From contig OX597822.1 in NCBI GenBank assembly GCA_951406725.2, positions 65,038,001 through 65,102,000 of the forward strand: a DNA stretch of 64,000 nt, written 5' to 3'. Source of the DNA: Octopus vulgaris. Taxonomy: Eukaryota. Positions 41,158 through 54,927 of this stretch are shown one piece after another (the stretch's first letter is position 1; every line of letters starts with the position of its first letter). The notes beneath the pieces were generated by a model, which saw nothing but the letters and a program-made list of their open reading frames with translations, searched no databases and was not told where the DNA came from. Made by a program: the position numbers and the translations under genes.

Positions 41158-42047
41158 ATGTGTATATATGTAATCTATATGTGTGTATGTGTGCATTTAT
41201 GGGTACATTAAATACATTCCTTAAAAAACTCAGTGAAGGAGCGGAAAACATCACAAGAACCTCTTAAATCCCAGGCCCATATCCCAGCAGTCGTATTTCT
41301 AATTTGTAGCTAAGAATGAATGAACATACATAGGAATGAATGAACACTGAATGAGATACAAGTGAAAACGCTGTGCCGGTTTAGTCCATTAACTTTAAAA
41401 ATACCGTTTTTCCAAAGAAGCATTTCATACATTCTCAAATTTCTGAAATGCATAATAGGAATGGTGTTAAAAGAAATAAAAGATATAGGTCAATACATCT
41501 CCCAGTCTATACCAAGCATAACAGTCACAAAATCCCTTGTAGTACATACCTTGACCTACATCTAGCCTTCTCAATTCGTTTTCAATAAATTTCAGTTGGT
41601 CTGGACTGGTCAAGAACTTAGCAAGATGAATGTAATTCACAGTAATTGAACAATGATAATGGAGGTTTCAGTAGAGATGTTAGTAGAGATGTTCTATTCT
41701 TTCATAATTGATAACACAAAGTATAAGTCAAGAACAGAGATCGATGATATCCGCTACTATCGACTACCCCGTTCTCCTCAAAGTTTCTGGCTTTGTGTCT
41801 GAATCTGAAACGATTATTACCGTAATGATGGGAATAATGATCACGTAGTCATTGACTACCATGTTAATAAATATTATTTAAATGTTGCAGATATATAGTC
41901 AATGCCATTTTAGCAAATATCATCTCGTATGTTTGTTCTTCTAGGAAGGGTGTACCTTGGACTACAATAAGCAATGTGGTCTTTCTTCTTTTCTGACAAT
42001 AATGCCTAAATTAATGTAAATTTAGTTGTCACTACGAAGAAAACCGA

Positions 42048-42356
42048 GTGGAGGCACATAGTCTAGTGGTTAGAGCATCGGACTTGCGATCTAGGGATCG
42101 CGGGTTCGAATCTCAGACCGGGCCATGTGTGTGTATATGCGCGAATCACCTAAGCTTCACGCGGCTCCGGTAGAAGGTAATGGCGAATTTCTACTGACTC
42201 TTTTGCCACAACTTTCTCTCAATCTTTCCTCCTGCATCTAATAGCTCACCTGCGACGGACCGACGTCCTGTCCAGGTGGCGAACCTTTACGCCGATGAAG
42301 CCGGGAAACCGTCCCTTATGAGCAAGACATGGCTCGTGAAGGAACAAACAACAACA
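42048..42356 (+). mobile_element. tRNA-derived SINE family 3, full length
   Basis: A box tagtctagtggttagagc, B box gggttcgaatctc, 3' tail cccttatgagc...gctcg.gaaggaac(aac)n; sister copy at 49897-50165. Confidence 0.85.
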
Positions 42357-42960
42357 CCAAACGCAAACAAAAAAAAAAAATGAGTAAGCGTGCAGAAGGA
42401 CCCTTTTTTGGTTCGTAGTCGTATTGTTGGTTGCATTGGTGGTGGCGGTGGTGTCGGTGTTGTTAATGTTGATGCCTGTTAGTAGTACTGGTATATAGTA
42501 GTTGTTGGTTTTGTTATTAGTTGTGTTACTAGTGGTTGGTGGAGGTGATGTGCTTAGGGATAAAATATAATACAAAAGAACCTCTTTTAAATACAATTTA
42601 ATACTTGCGAGCAGAGACGAAACAAGCGTGAAATTTAATGTGACAGCTAATGCCCCTTCTCATTCTTTTCCTCTTTCATTCACCGTTTCCCCCCTCTCTC
42701 TCTTTCTCTTTCTCCCCACAGTCCCCTTTCTCTGTTTTTTTTTTGTTTTGTTTTTGCTTTTTTATTCTTCTTACCTTCGTAAATACACCATGCGTTCACA
42801 TATGGAAAACCCAGACACATAATAAAGCACATACACACATATCACAAACGCTCAACATTATTAGAATGTGCGAATATATATATATGTATATATATAAATA
42901 TATATATATACGCATATATATATATATATACATGTATATATACATGCATATACATACATA

Positions 42961-43029
<69 letters not shown>

Positions 43030-43096
43030 ATATATATATACATATATTTATACATATATATATACACATATATATACATATATATATACACATATC

Positions 43097-43129
<33 letters not shown>

Positions 43130-43189
43130 GTATATATATATATGTATGTATATACATATATATATACACATATAAATATACATATACAT

Positions 43190-43258
<69 letters not shown>

Positions 43259-43666
43259 CAGTTATACATCATTTTAATGAACCAGGAATCAGCGCAATCA
43301 GTATGCCTGTGCTTGTGTATATTAAATACCTAATAAAAATTTATCCAGGCGAGGATTAATGTTTCGTATTTTTTTCTCGTAGCTCCTCTCATTATAGAGG
43401 AAGATGTCAAGTTTACGCGCATATCCATTGTTCATCGTAAATTTCAGTGCTAAAAAAACAGAGCAAAGTGTTGTGTTTCCGTTCAGTTGGCGAGCGAAAC
43501 GAAATTTAGTGAAGAAAAAAATATACTAGCAAAAAAATTGTGCTCAACATTTCATACACACATAACGAATTACTGTTAATAATAAGCATTTCAGACAGAC
43601 TATCTTTACATGGGAAACACTAGACCAATCTCGATTAGGTTTACATTTTAATATCTATTACATAAA

Positions 43667-44620
43667 GGCTGCGAGCTGGTACAATTGTTAGCATGCCGGG
43701 CGAAATGCTTAGCGATATTTCGTCTGCCGCTACGTTCTGAGTTCAAATTCCTCCGAGGTCGACTTTGCCTTTCATCCTTTCGGGGTTGATTAAATAAGTA
43801 CCAGTTATGCACTCGGATCGATATAATCGACTTAATCCGTTTGTCTGTCCTTGTTTGTCCCCTCTGTGTGTAGTCCCTTGTGGGTAGTAAAGAAATAGAA
43901 ATAGGTATTTCGTCTGTCTTTACGTTCTGAGTTCAAATTCCGCCGAGGTTGACTTTGCCTTTCATCCTTTCGGGGTCGATTAAATAAGTACCAGTTACGC
44001 ACTGGAGTCGATATATTCCACTTAATCCGTTTATCTGTCCTTGTTTGTTCTCTCTGTGTTTAGCCCCTTGTGGGCAGTAAAGAAATAGGTATTTCGTCTG
44101 CCGTTACGTTCTGAGTTCAAATTCCGCCGAGGTCGACTTTGCTTTTCATCCTTTCGGTGTCGATTAAATAAGTACCAGTTACGCACTGGGGTCGATATAA
44201 TCGACTTAATCCATGTGTCTGTCCTTGTTTGTTTGTTCACTCTGTATTTAGCACCTTGTGGGTAGTAAAGAAATAGGTATTACGTTCTAAGTTCAAATTC
44301 TGCCGATGTCGACATTGCCTTTCATCCTTTCGGGATCAATAAATTAGGTACCAGTTGCGTACTGGGTCAATTTAATCGACTGGCCCCTCCTCCAAAATTT
44401 CGGGCCTTTTGCCAAGAGTAGAAAAGAATCGTTAGCATGTCGAGCAAAATTCTTAGAAGCATTTCGTCAATAATTACGTTCTAAGTTCAAATTCCACCGC
44501 CGTCGGCTATGCCTTTCATCCTTTCGAGGTCGATAAAAGAAGTATGATTTGAGCATTGGGGTCACTGCGATCGACTTGTTCTTTTCTCCGAAATTGCTGA
44601 CTTTGTGTCAAAATTTGAAA
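43667..44620 (+). mobile_element. SINE family 2 tandem multimer (head, four ~184-bp units, one degenerate copy)
   Basis: Units restart at ggtatt at ~43904, 44088 and 44276. Confidence 0.88.
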
Positions 44621-44696
44621 CCAATGTCTCATAGTTAATATAAGTACTTGAAAGAAACCGGAATTTTGCAGTATTACTTTATTTATTTTACAGTTC

Positions 44697-44802
44697 TACA
44701 TTTAAGAGATGAGAAATTATGTACATTATTTACAATCGACGGTTATTTGTCCTCATCTTGGACTGCCAACCCCAAGATTCCGAGTTCGATTCCAAGCAGT
44801 GA

Positions 44803-44851
<49 letters not shown>

Positions 44852-44922
44852 CTCGAAAAATACCCTAGGAATGAGAACCCAGGTTCGAAATTTCCCCGAG
44901 ACACCTGAAGAAGGCTAGAGGG
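44697..44922 (+). mobile_element. Element with inverted 3' end, tRNA-like B box, (AAT)n and HHR 5' half; truncated by a mariner
   Basis: atttgtcctcatcttg is the reverse complement of 27332-27347; gagttcgattcc at 44782-44793; acacCTGAAGAAGG with the core at 44905. Confidence 0.6.
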
Positions 44923-46142
44923 TTTATTGTATTCATTTTGTTGTACATTTTTACACTTTTATTGCCACCAAAGTACAGGGTGATTCAAAAGTCGCCATAC
45001 ATAGGAACAATTTATCATTTTTTATGAAGAACAGTTTCTAAGAACAGTTTTTTTTCTATTTAACAAGCTCTATATGGTTACCATTGTTGTGAATACACAT
45101 TGCAATGCATTTACCCCACTCACTGTGAACTCATAAATACCACATCTGATGATACGTATGCAAATGAGTTGGTGATGCGTTCGTTCAAATGATTTATGTC
45201 TTTTATCTTTCCGCGATACACCAGGCCTTTCACATGCCCCCAAAGATAGAAATCAAGAGGGGTCAGATCAGGGGATCTAGGGGATCTTATAAACTGTTTC
45301 TTATTAAAACAATAAATTTTTCCTATGTAAGGAGACTTTTGAATCACCCTGTAGTCTCCATTTGAAGCAATGCATCGGTCCTGGCGCGTTTTCCACTGTT
45401 CGAAGCAGCGCTGGAACTTTTGCGAAGTGATGCCTTTTAACGCCTCGGTCATTTTTTTTCTCCACCTCTTCCACATTTGCAAATTCCGTAGCACCAGCTT
45501 CCATTACCAGTGATGACCTTCGAAAAAAGGTCCGGATCAATTTCCATCTTTTCTTTCAGTTCACGACATGCATTCAGTAGTGACTGCTTTTAATCTTCCG
45601 TGAGCAAACGAGACACCAATTTTGCCGCAGTTTTTTCATGCGCAATTTCTCGCTAAAAATCACTTGGCAGGTTCATCAAGTTCATCAATTGTTCTGTGAT
45701 GATCCTTCAAGATCAGTTCATAAATTTTCTTGCTGATTACATTCGTTCGACGGTTGTTCTGAACTAGGTTAGTCTTCAAGCAACAAGTGGCCATTCCTTA
45801 AGCATGAAACACACTTGTAAACGTGTTTTGCTCATGGCAGCGTCCTTGTAAGATGTTTGAAGCATGACAACTGATCTGGCCGTCGTTTTCTCCAGCAGAA
45901 AACAAAACTCTAACGAAAAAACGCAGTTTCTTCGTTTCAGCCACCGCAAAAAATCGACGAACAGGGTAGAAGCAGTGCAAAACAAAACGACGCACCACGT
46001 AGCAGTAAGCCATCAACCGACGCCGCCGGTCGGAAGACTGATGCCTTAGGGCTGTATCAAGTGCCTTGTAGTGGCAGAAGCCTCAACTACAACGGGTTTG
46101 TCCTACAGTGAACGTTTCCCGTTACTTTTGGGCACCCCTTCG
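44923..46142 (-). mobile_element. Decayed, internally deleted mariner transposon
   Basis: N-terminal FCFLLEKT..VVMLQTSYKDAAMSKT; KVITG..SWCY-like segment; C-terminal FQRCFEQWKTR.DRCIASNGDYF; terminus cgaaggggtgcccaaaagtaacgggaa next to TA. Confidence 0.8.
44976..45351 (-). mobile_element. Tc1/mariner deletion derivative (MITE-like) with ~40-bp TIRs and TA TSD, nested in the mariner above
   Basis: TA|cagggtgattcaaaagtc ... gacttttgaatcaccctg|TA; residual PRSPDLTPLDFYLWGHVKGLVY. Confidence 0.9.
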
Positions 46143-46168
46143 TATATATTTCTCCCCAGCATATAATG

Positions 46169-46727
46169 TTTTCTACTCTAGGTAAATAGCCCGAAGATTA
46201 GATCGACCCCAGTACGCAACTAGTACTTAATTTATCGACCCCGAAATGATCTAAGGCAAAGTCGACCTCGGCGGAATTTGAACTCAGAACGTAAAGACGA
46301 ACGAAATATCTATTTCTTTACTACCCACAATGGGGCTAAACACAGAGGGGACAAAGAAGGATACACAAAGGGATTAAGTCGATTACATCGGCCCCAGTGC
46401 ATAACTGGTACTTAATTTATCGACCCCGAAAGTATGAAAGGCAAAGTCGACCTTGGCGGAATTTGAACTCAGAACGTAACGGTAGACGAAATACCTATTT
46501 CTTTACTATCCACAAGGGGCTAAACACAGAGGGGACAAACAAGGACAGACAAACGGATTAAGTCGATTACATCGACCCCAGTGCGTATCTGGTACTTTAT
46601 TTATCGATCCCGAACGGATGAAAAGCAAAGTCGATCTCGGCGGAATTTGAACTCAGAGCGTAAAGACGGACGAAATACCGCTAAGCATTTCGCCCGGCGT
46701 GCTAACGTTTCTGCCAGCTCGCCGTCT
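46169..46727 (-). mobile_element. SINE family 2 trimer with perfect 20-bp TSD
   Basis: tttctccccagcatataatg at 46149-46168 and 46728-46747 flanks three cores plus one head. Confidence 0.92.
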
Positions 46728-47177
46728 TTTCTCCCCAGCATATAATGATGTACAACTGGACACGTTTATACAAAATCTGTAACAAGCAGTCAAAAGTAGA
46801 TTCATATCAGCATGTACTACGATTCTACTAGAGATTATAAGGCTTCCTTCAACTCTACCCTTTCATACTTCACTTTAGGGAGCAACTAGGACGTAGCAGA
46901 TTGAGGGAAGTAGAGGCGCAACAGAAATGGGATGAAATTTTTGTCTTATCGACTAAGAAAAGATGAAAGGCTAAAATTGCCATCTGTTCTATCCGAAGTC
47001 AGGACGTAATGAGTAGAAAAATTATCTCTATACATTCCAGCCGACGATCAAATGATGACTATCGATCATATTTCAGAGTAACACAGCATATATGCGTGTA
47101 TGTGTGCATGTGTGTGTGTGTGTGTGTGTGCGGACATGTAGGAATGTGTGTCTAATTATCTATCTATATCTAGTTTT

Positions 47178-47301
<124 letters not shown>

Positions 47302-47317
47302 TCGTTCTTTCTTTCTT

Positions 47318-47363
<46 letters not shown>

Positions 47364-47999
47364 TCTCTCTTTATATATATAATGTGGTTTTTCAGCGCGA
47401 CAAATCTTCAGCTACATTATTTACGTTATTTACATTATTTACATTTGACGGATATCTTAAATACAGAGCTCTATAAATCTTCCTGTCTGTCTATCTGTCT
47501 GTATCTATGTATTTATACATGTATGTATGTATGTATGTATGTATGTATGTATGTATGTATGTATGTATGTATTTATGTATGTATTTACGTATATATGCAA
47601 GCATGCATGTCTGTCTGTCTGTATGTCTGTCTGTCTGTATGTATGTATGTATGTATGTATGTATGTATGTATGGATGTCTGAATGTATGCACGTATATAT
47701 AAGCACGTATGTAATTGTGTCTGTGCATGTGTATATAAAAGTGTGTGTTTATATGCAAAGTATATATATATGTGAAGGTGTACATAAATCCGAGTGCATT
47801 TTCCAAGCTAAAGCGGCAATTATCAGACATCTTTTTGATCCTTCCCTCCTCCCCATAATACCACAAAGGAAGCAAATAATTAGCGATTAATTAATTCAGA
47901 TAAAGAACAACTAATTGCTTTTTATTAAAATATTTTCTTTTAGTACAACAGTGTCCCATCGAGGAAGGAGAGCCTATAGTTTTTATGTTAATGACATAG

Positions 48000-48036
48000 A
48001 GTAGTAGTAGTAGTGGTAGTAGTAGTAGTAGTAGTG

Positions 48037-48080
<44 letters not shown>

Positions 48081-49330
48081 TTGAAATTAATACAGCGAAA
48101 GATTAAATCATGTAGAAGATAATGGTGGTGGTGGTGGTGGTGGTGGTGGTGGTGGTAGTGGTGATGGTGGTGATGGTTGTGATGGTGGTGATGGTTGTGG
48201 TAGTGGTAGTGATGGTGATGGTGGTTGTGTTGGTGATGGAGGTTGTGTTGGTGGTGGTTGTGATGATGATGGAGGTTGCGGTGGTAGGGTGATGGTGGTT
48301 GTAGTAGTAGTGGTGATGGTGATGGTGGTTGTGTTGGCGATGAAGGTTGTGGTGGTGGTGGTTGTGACGGTAATGATAGTTGTTTTGGTGATAGAGGTTG
48401 TGGAGGTGGTGGTGATGGTGATTGTGGTGGTGGTTGTTATGGTGATGGTGGTTATGTTGGCGATGGAGGTTGTGGTGGTGGTATTTGTGGTGGCGGTGGT
48501 AGTTGCGATGTTGATGGTGGTTATGATGGCGATTTTTGTTGTTGTGGTGGTGGTGGTTGTGATGGTAATGGTGTTTGTGGTGGCGATGGTGATTGTGATA
48601 GTGATGGTGGTTGTGCTGTTGATGGTGGTTATATTGGCGATGGAGGTTGGTGGTGTTGGCGATTGTGGTGGTGGTGGTTGTGATGGTAATGGTGGTTGTG
48701 GTGGCGATGGTAGTTGTGGTGGTTGTAGTGGTGATGGTGGTTGGGTGGTGGTTGTGATGTTGATGGTGGTTATGGTGGCGATGTTGGTTGTTGTGGTGGT
48801 AGTGGTGGTTATGGTGGTGATGGTAGTAGTGGTGGTGGTTGTGGCGTTGGTGGTGGTGTTGATTGTGATGGTAATGGTGGTTGTGGTGGCTGTGGTTGTG
48901 ATGGTGATGGTGGTTGTGATGGTGGTTGTGGTGGTGATGGTGGTTGTGGTGGTGGATGTGATGTTGATGGTGGTTATATTGGCGATCGTGGTTGTCGTGG
49001 TGGTGGTGGTGGTGGTGGTGGTGGCGATGATGGTTGTGGTGGTGGTGGGGGGGGTGGTTGTGGTTATGATGGTGGTTGTGGTGGTGATGGCAGTTGTGGT
49101 GGCGGTGGAGGTTATGGTTGTAGTTGTGGTTGCGGTGGTGAAGGTAGGTGCGGTGGTGATGGTGGCTATGGTAGCGATGGTGATTATGATGGTGATGATG
49201 GTTGTGGTGTCGATGGTGGTTGTACTGACAATGGTGGTGATTACGGTCGTGGTAATGATGGTGATGGTGGTTGTGATGGTGATAATGTTTGTAGTGGTGA
49301 TGATGGTTGAGGTGATGGCGACGTTGCTGT
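48000..49330. repeat. (TAG)n followed by a long cryptic (GGT/GAT) trinucleotide array
   Basis: Direct reading; sub-motif tgttgatggtggttat.tggcgat recurs several times. Confidence 0.9.
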
Positions 49331-49484
49331 TAGTAATGAGTAGTAGGTGGGCGGCGCTGCGGTGCTGATAGTCACGGACTAAATTTAAGTAGGATTTGAA
49401 GTAAAAAAGCTCAATAGTACTGACATGTGCCACAATAATTATAGAGGCAAACGTTTATTTTGAATTCTTTTTTCTTTTATTCTT

Positions 49485-49675
49485 TTATATGTTTCAGTCA
49501 TTTGACTGCGGCCATGCTGGAGCACCGCCTTTAGTCGAGCAAATCGATCCCAGCAATTATTCTTTGTAAGCCTAGTACTTATTCTATTGGTCTCTTTTGC
49601 TGGACGGCTTAGTTACGGGTACGTAAACACGCCACCATCGGTTGTCAAGCGATGTTGGGGGTGGGGGGGCAAACA
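49485..49675 (-). mobile_element. SINE family 1, 3' half
   Basis: tttcagtcatttgactgcggccatgctggagcaccgcc matches the family 1 tail. Confidence 0.85.
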
Positions 49676-49724
49676 GAATCTTGGGGTTAGTAGGCCGCGC
49701 TCTTAACCACTACGCCATATACCC
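49676..49724 (-). mobile_element. tRNA-like head fragment (A box) of the 44697-44922 family
   Basis: Minus strand gggtatatggcgtagtggttaagagcgcggcctactaaccccaagattc; the last 13 nt are identical to 44768-44780. Confidence 0.55.
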
Positions 49725-49896
49725 GAGAAAGAGTGTTTCATATATTTTTAGATAACATTTAAATTACTAACATTCGCACCCAAAGCCGCAAACCTGAATC
49801 CACTTCAGCATAACACTGGCAAATTTCTCTTTCTTTTATCTACACAAATAAGACATGTTGAACCCAACAGGATTTGAACTCGGTACATAAAGTGTC

Positions 49897-50165
49897 GTAG
49901 AGGCACATGGCAGAGTCGGGTGAGGGATCGTGGGTTCGAATCTCAGGCCAGGCGATGTGTGTGTTTATGAGCGAAACACCCGAGCTCCACGCGGCCCTGT
50001 GAGAATGTAATAGCGAAATTCTCCTGACTCTTTCGCCACAACTTTCTCTCATTCTTTCCTCCTGTATCGTCCAGGTAGGGGATCCTACTCGCCAACGAAT
50101 CCAGGAAACTGGCCCTTATGAGCTAGGTACGGATCGAGAAGTAACAAACAAATAAACAAACAACA
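49897..50165 (+). mobile_element. SINE family 3 copy
   Basis: Aligns with 42048-42356. Confidence 0.8.
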
Positions 50166-50199
50166 ACTTACATAAAGTTTTATTATTAAATACTGCAAA

Positions 50200-50480
50200 G
50201 CATTTTGTTCGACTCACTAACTATTCTCTTTAATAGCTTTTTTTTATTGCACATAGATATGATACTACTCTGTGTTAGTATAAGTCTTGTCTGTAGACTC
50301 GGAATATTTCTCAATAATCGGGAACAATAGCAATTTGGGTAACACATCTGAAAGGGCTGAACAAGGATTTTGTTTTGCTCTTTCACAATTGCGCCAAAGG
50401 CCGACTACTTTGTCCTCCGACCTCTTTAATACGCCTCTGATGTTTATAGCAGACAATCACCTACATTTGTTCAAATAGTG
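50200..50480 (-). pseudogene. Possible heavily decayed GIY-YIG endonuclease remnant of another PLE
   Basis: Frameshifted pieces YLNKCR, GQSSRPLAQ-VKEQ, CYPNCY and MCNKK are ordered like YxFxC..YIGxTxRxLxxRxKEH..LCxQK; weak. Confidence 0.3.
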
Positions 50481-51293
50481 AACGTCTTTAACTGTGAAAA
50501 TATGGACGAGATGATTGACGAGACGATATATATTACCAAATATTTCTATATAGCTCGAGAGATTGTCATGCAGTTATGAAACCTGATTAATCATATTCAG
50601 GATGAAAGACGTTCCGCCAGTGATTGCCCCATTTATTTGATGGTTTATTAGGTAATGTGCAACAAGAAATAAATTACCCAACGATACCTTCTGCATGGAG
50701 AACAACTTAGTTAAATGCAAACAACTGTAACTGAGCTAAAAATAAAATTTCCTTAAAAAGAATACGACCATCATTACAGGAGAAAAACGAACAAACAAAC
50801 CATTAGTATTAATGAGCATCTAATTCACAGAACAGAGTAATGAACTCCCGGCTATTCCAGTTACCCCAAAATAATTTAATGGCGTTATGGTAGCGATGTG
50901 GGTGTTGAATAATTAAGATTATTGTCAACCATTGTTACAGCTCTTCACGTTTCACTGCTATCGTACCTCTTCAGCAAAGCACAGATCACTTAATTTTCCA
51001 TTAAGAATGTTCATCGACAAATAGAAATAGTGTGAAGAAAATATAACGTCAGTAAATCCACGTTTATTTTACCACAAGTGTAGTAACCTGTATTTAAATT
51101 TAGAACTAAATCATACAAAGACTCCATAAAATTCTTTGGTGTTTGGCAGATAAGTGCAAAGTGGTTCAGAATACATTTAAGCGCTTTTTCTTGCAGTTCG
51201 TGCTATCAGTTACCTATTACGCAACTCAGAATTTTTCTTGCTATATTTTCCCCTCGCGATTTTCTTTGATCGCGACGTCCCAGTAGGAGCACT

Positions 51294-51375
<82 letters not shown>

Positions 51376-51429
51376 AGAGAACAAGATGTACGTTACGACG
51401 CAATAATATATGTATAAAATATATATATA

Positions 51430-51680
51430 ACAATACAAAATGGGACAAGAACGCGAAACACTCAAAGAGACGACACAAAAAACGGACGGGTCATTCGAAG
51501 CCTCTAATCTTCAGTCAAGAACCGGATCATCCTCGCAATTTCGGCTGATAATCTTGAGATCGCTCCGATTCGGCCAGCCCCAAGGAAAAACTAAGCTACG
51601 AGCATTAGATTTCTTGGAAAAAGGATCGAATGTATACGAAACAAGGACAGAAAAACGGACGATGTCACACGAATATAAAT
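51430..51680. mobile_element. Dispersed repeat family C
   Basis: Aligns with 35230-35480; bounded by (TA)n. Confidence 0.7.
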
Positions 51681-51944
51681 ATATATATATATATATATAA
51701 TATCAGAAGCAAAATCTAACTAGGCCGATTCTATCCAATGTAACCTACCTTGTCACAGACAGTTGGGTTTGACTTAAGGATATTTGATTGCTATTTCAGT
51801 AGGCTGTGTAAGCATTCCGCACTAACTCTTTTCACAAAATGGCTATATATCTGGCAAACGCGCGGTGTGCATGTGATTCTATATACAACTGTGAGTGTAT
51901 ATATATATAGGTATATATGGATATGTGTGTGCGTATGTATATAC

Positions 51945-51977
<33 letters not shown>

Positions 51978-52003
51978 TGTATGTATGTATGTATGTATGT
52001 ATG

Positions 52004-52034
<31 letters not shown>

Positions 52035-52081
52035 GTATGTATGTATGTATGTATGTATGTATGTATGTATGTATGTATGTA

Positions 52082-52119
<38 letters not shown>

Positions 52120-52589
52120 ATGTGCATAGGCGGCGCAGTGTGAAACCTCAATTGATGCCATCTATCACATACCTAGCTGTGCGTGATATATGCCACCAGT
52201 GAGGTGCTAGCTGTAATGAATGCTGTGAAGATTTCGGGCTATGTTCGGTATCTTATGACGCAGAGAAAATTGGGATGTACTTATTAGAGAAAATGGTAAA
52301 TGTGATGCTTTTATATATATAGTATGAGAAGACATTTTTATGTTTTCTACTTACACATAAATCTATGTTATACACACACGCCGCACTCCGCCATATATAT
52401 CCGTGTGTGTGTGTTTATACATTCATATATACATACATAATACACACACACATATACATATATACATATACATATATATGCAGATATACACACAACAATA
52501 CATGTATGCTGTAACGGGGATATTTATAATTCATAGAATGTCAGAATGCATAACAGAAAGACACATTACACATTCAATATCTCACTAGT

Positions 52590-52633
<44 letters not shown>

Positions 52634-53450
52634 TAATACATACACGCACAAAAAATACGTACTTGTGCAGACATTTTGATCTTCATTATTCATGTATGCG
52701 TGCGTGTGTGCTTGTGTGTTTGCCTGTGTTTGTGTGTGTTTGTGTGTGTATATATACATATATATAGAGAGAGAGAAAGAGAGAGAGAGAGAGGGAGTGA
52801 GCGCGAAAGAAGTATGTATATATTTATATATAGAGAGAGAGATGGATATAGATAAAGATATATACGTGCACATGTGTGTGTGTATGTGTGTGTGTGGACT
52901 GTCTAAATTGCAGCATTGTTGTGGGACCTTCACAACCTTTCCCGTCAATACAATGTTACAATGGCATACTTCCATAAATGCATTCATATGGAGTACAACA
53001 AGAACGCAGGCGACCGTTTGTGTTGTATTTCAAAGGCAACGATATTCCGACTTACATGCTTCATACGGCCCGATGTTCCACACATTTCTCAGATTCTTCG
53101 AATGGGAGGTCCTGATGGAATCTTCGCTCCAACTGAAATATGCCTCTGATCTTTTATAACATCGCATCCATTAAAAGTTAACAAGATGCTCTAATTCGCT
53201 GTCCCCCCTCTCTCTCTCTCCTCTCTCACACTCTATGTCTATCTGTCGGACTGTTTGTCGGACTGTCTGTTTGGCGGTTTGTCTGTGTCTCCCCCACTCA
53301 CTCCTTGTCCTCGGAGGCGCTTTCCTTACCTATTTTTAAAACGTAGGTGTATGTATTCATTTATGTATATATATTTGTATATATAATGCATGCCCATATT
53401 TATGAATGTATATATTCAATATATACGCCGAGTGTACATACATAAACAGA

Positions 53451-53540
<90 letters not shown>

Positions 53541-53580
53541 CATATATATACATATAAGAAGAAAAAGGATTAATATATAT

Positions 53581-53629
<49 letters not shown>

Positions 53630-53660
53630 TACATACATACATACATACATATATACATGC

Positions 53661-53714
<54 letters not shown>

Positions 53715-54291
53715 TATTACTGTTTAGCAGAAGTAACAAAGGTGGCACTTTGTGTGTGTATGTATATATATATATATATTTGTGGGTCTACGCATGTGTA
53801 TGCATGAGTGTATGTATTTATGAGCGTGTATGTGTATGCATGCATATATGTGTGGATGGATGTGATCGTACCATAGGGGATTTTATACTTGTTTTTAATA
53901 TTAGTCACACTAAGGTACGGGGAAAAAAGCAAACTCTAGGCTATTTTTACTAATTTATATTATAAATATTTATGTACAAAATTGCTTTAAAAAACAGAGC
54001 TTTATGCAAACACAATCATTCATTCTCTTTCTTTGTCTCTGTTTCCCATGTATACATACATGCATACATACATACATACATACATACATACATACATACA
54101 TACATACATACATACATACATACATACATACATACATACATACATACATACATACATACATACATACATAATACATACATACATGTATATATATATATAT
54201 ATGTGTGTGTATAAACTGTGCATACACTCCATACAATGAACATATATCTATGCCCATTATATATAAATGTGTATGTGTGTGTATTTATTAT

Positions 54292-54390
<99 letters not shown>

Positions 54391-54927
54391 GTGTATCAAA
54401 CTGTTCTAAATAATAATACATGTAAGCCCTAGTAAATGTACCAACAGTAGTTACCATTCGTTTTTCCATTCATTCGTGCATGTGTGTGTGTGTGTATGTG
54501 TTTGTGTTTGTGTGTGAGTGTGTATGTGTGTGTGTGTGTGTGTCCAATGGTAGAATAAATCTAGAAATTTCCTAATAAGTTTGTTTTGAATATAACTTAA
54601 TACATTTCATAGCGTTCCACGTGTTCGACAGGTGAATTCTTATATGCCATACATGTATTGTTACATAAACGGTTGCATAATCAGCATTTAACACAAGCGT
54701 ATCAGAAGGAAAACATAATTTGATATATTTGGGGTTATAAAACATTTTGGATTCGCCTAATAAATGATATTGGTAACTAACAATCGATTAGATTACTGTT
54801 TCCTTCTGATTATCTGGTTTGAGAAACGCATAGAAAAATTACGTAATTTAGAATGTTATAATAAAAACATTCTTTATTTTCGTTCTTCCTTTCGATATAT
54901 ATATACTCTTTAATCTATGCAAATGCA

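Noticed and set aside
42048-42125. Possible tRNA gene
   Set aside because: A/B boxes are present but no complete cloverleaf is evident; it continues into a SINE body with sister copies.
42290-42315. ccgatgaagccgggaaaccgtc as a hammerhead
   Set aside because: No viable helix II or helix I; the sister copy at ~50092-50115 does not keep the motif.
48108-49433. 441-aa mucin-like Thr-rich ORF and 359-aa Val-rich antisense ORF
   Set aside because: Cryptic trinucleotide array open on both strands; non-ATG start, no signal peptide or splice evidence.
52890-53190. Possible exon or mariner remnant (HTAR, FEWEVL, APTE pieces in different frames)
   Set aside because: Too degenerate to call; no splice or TIR support. 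A translated search against transposases would decide.
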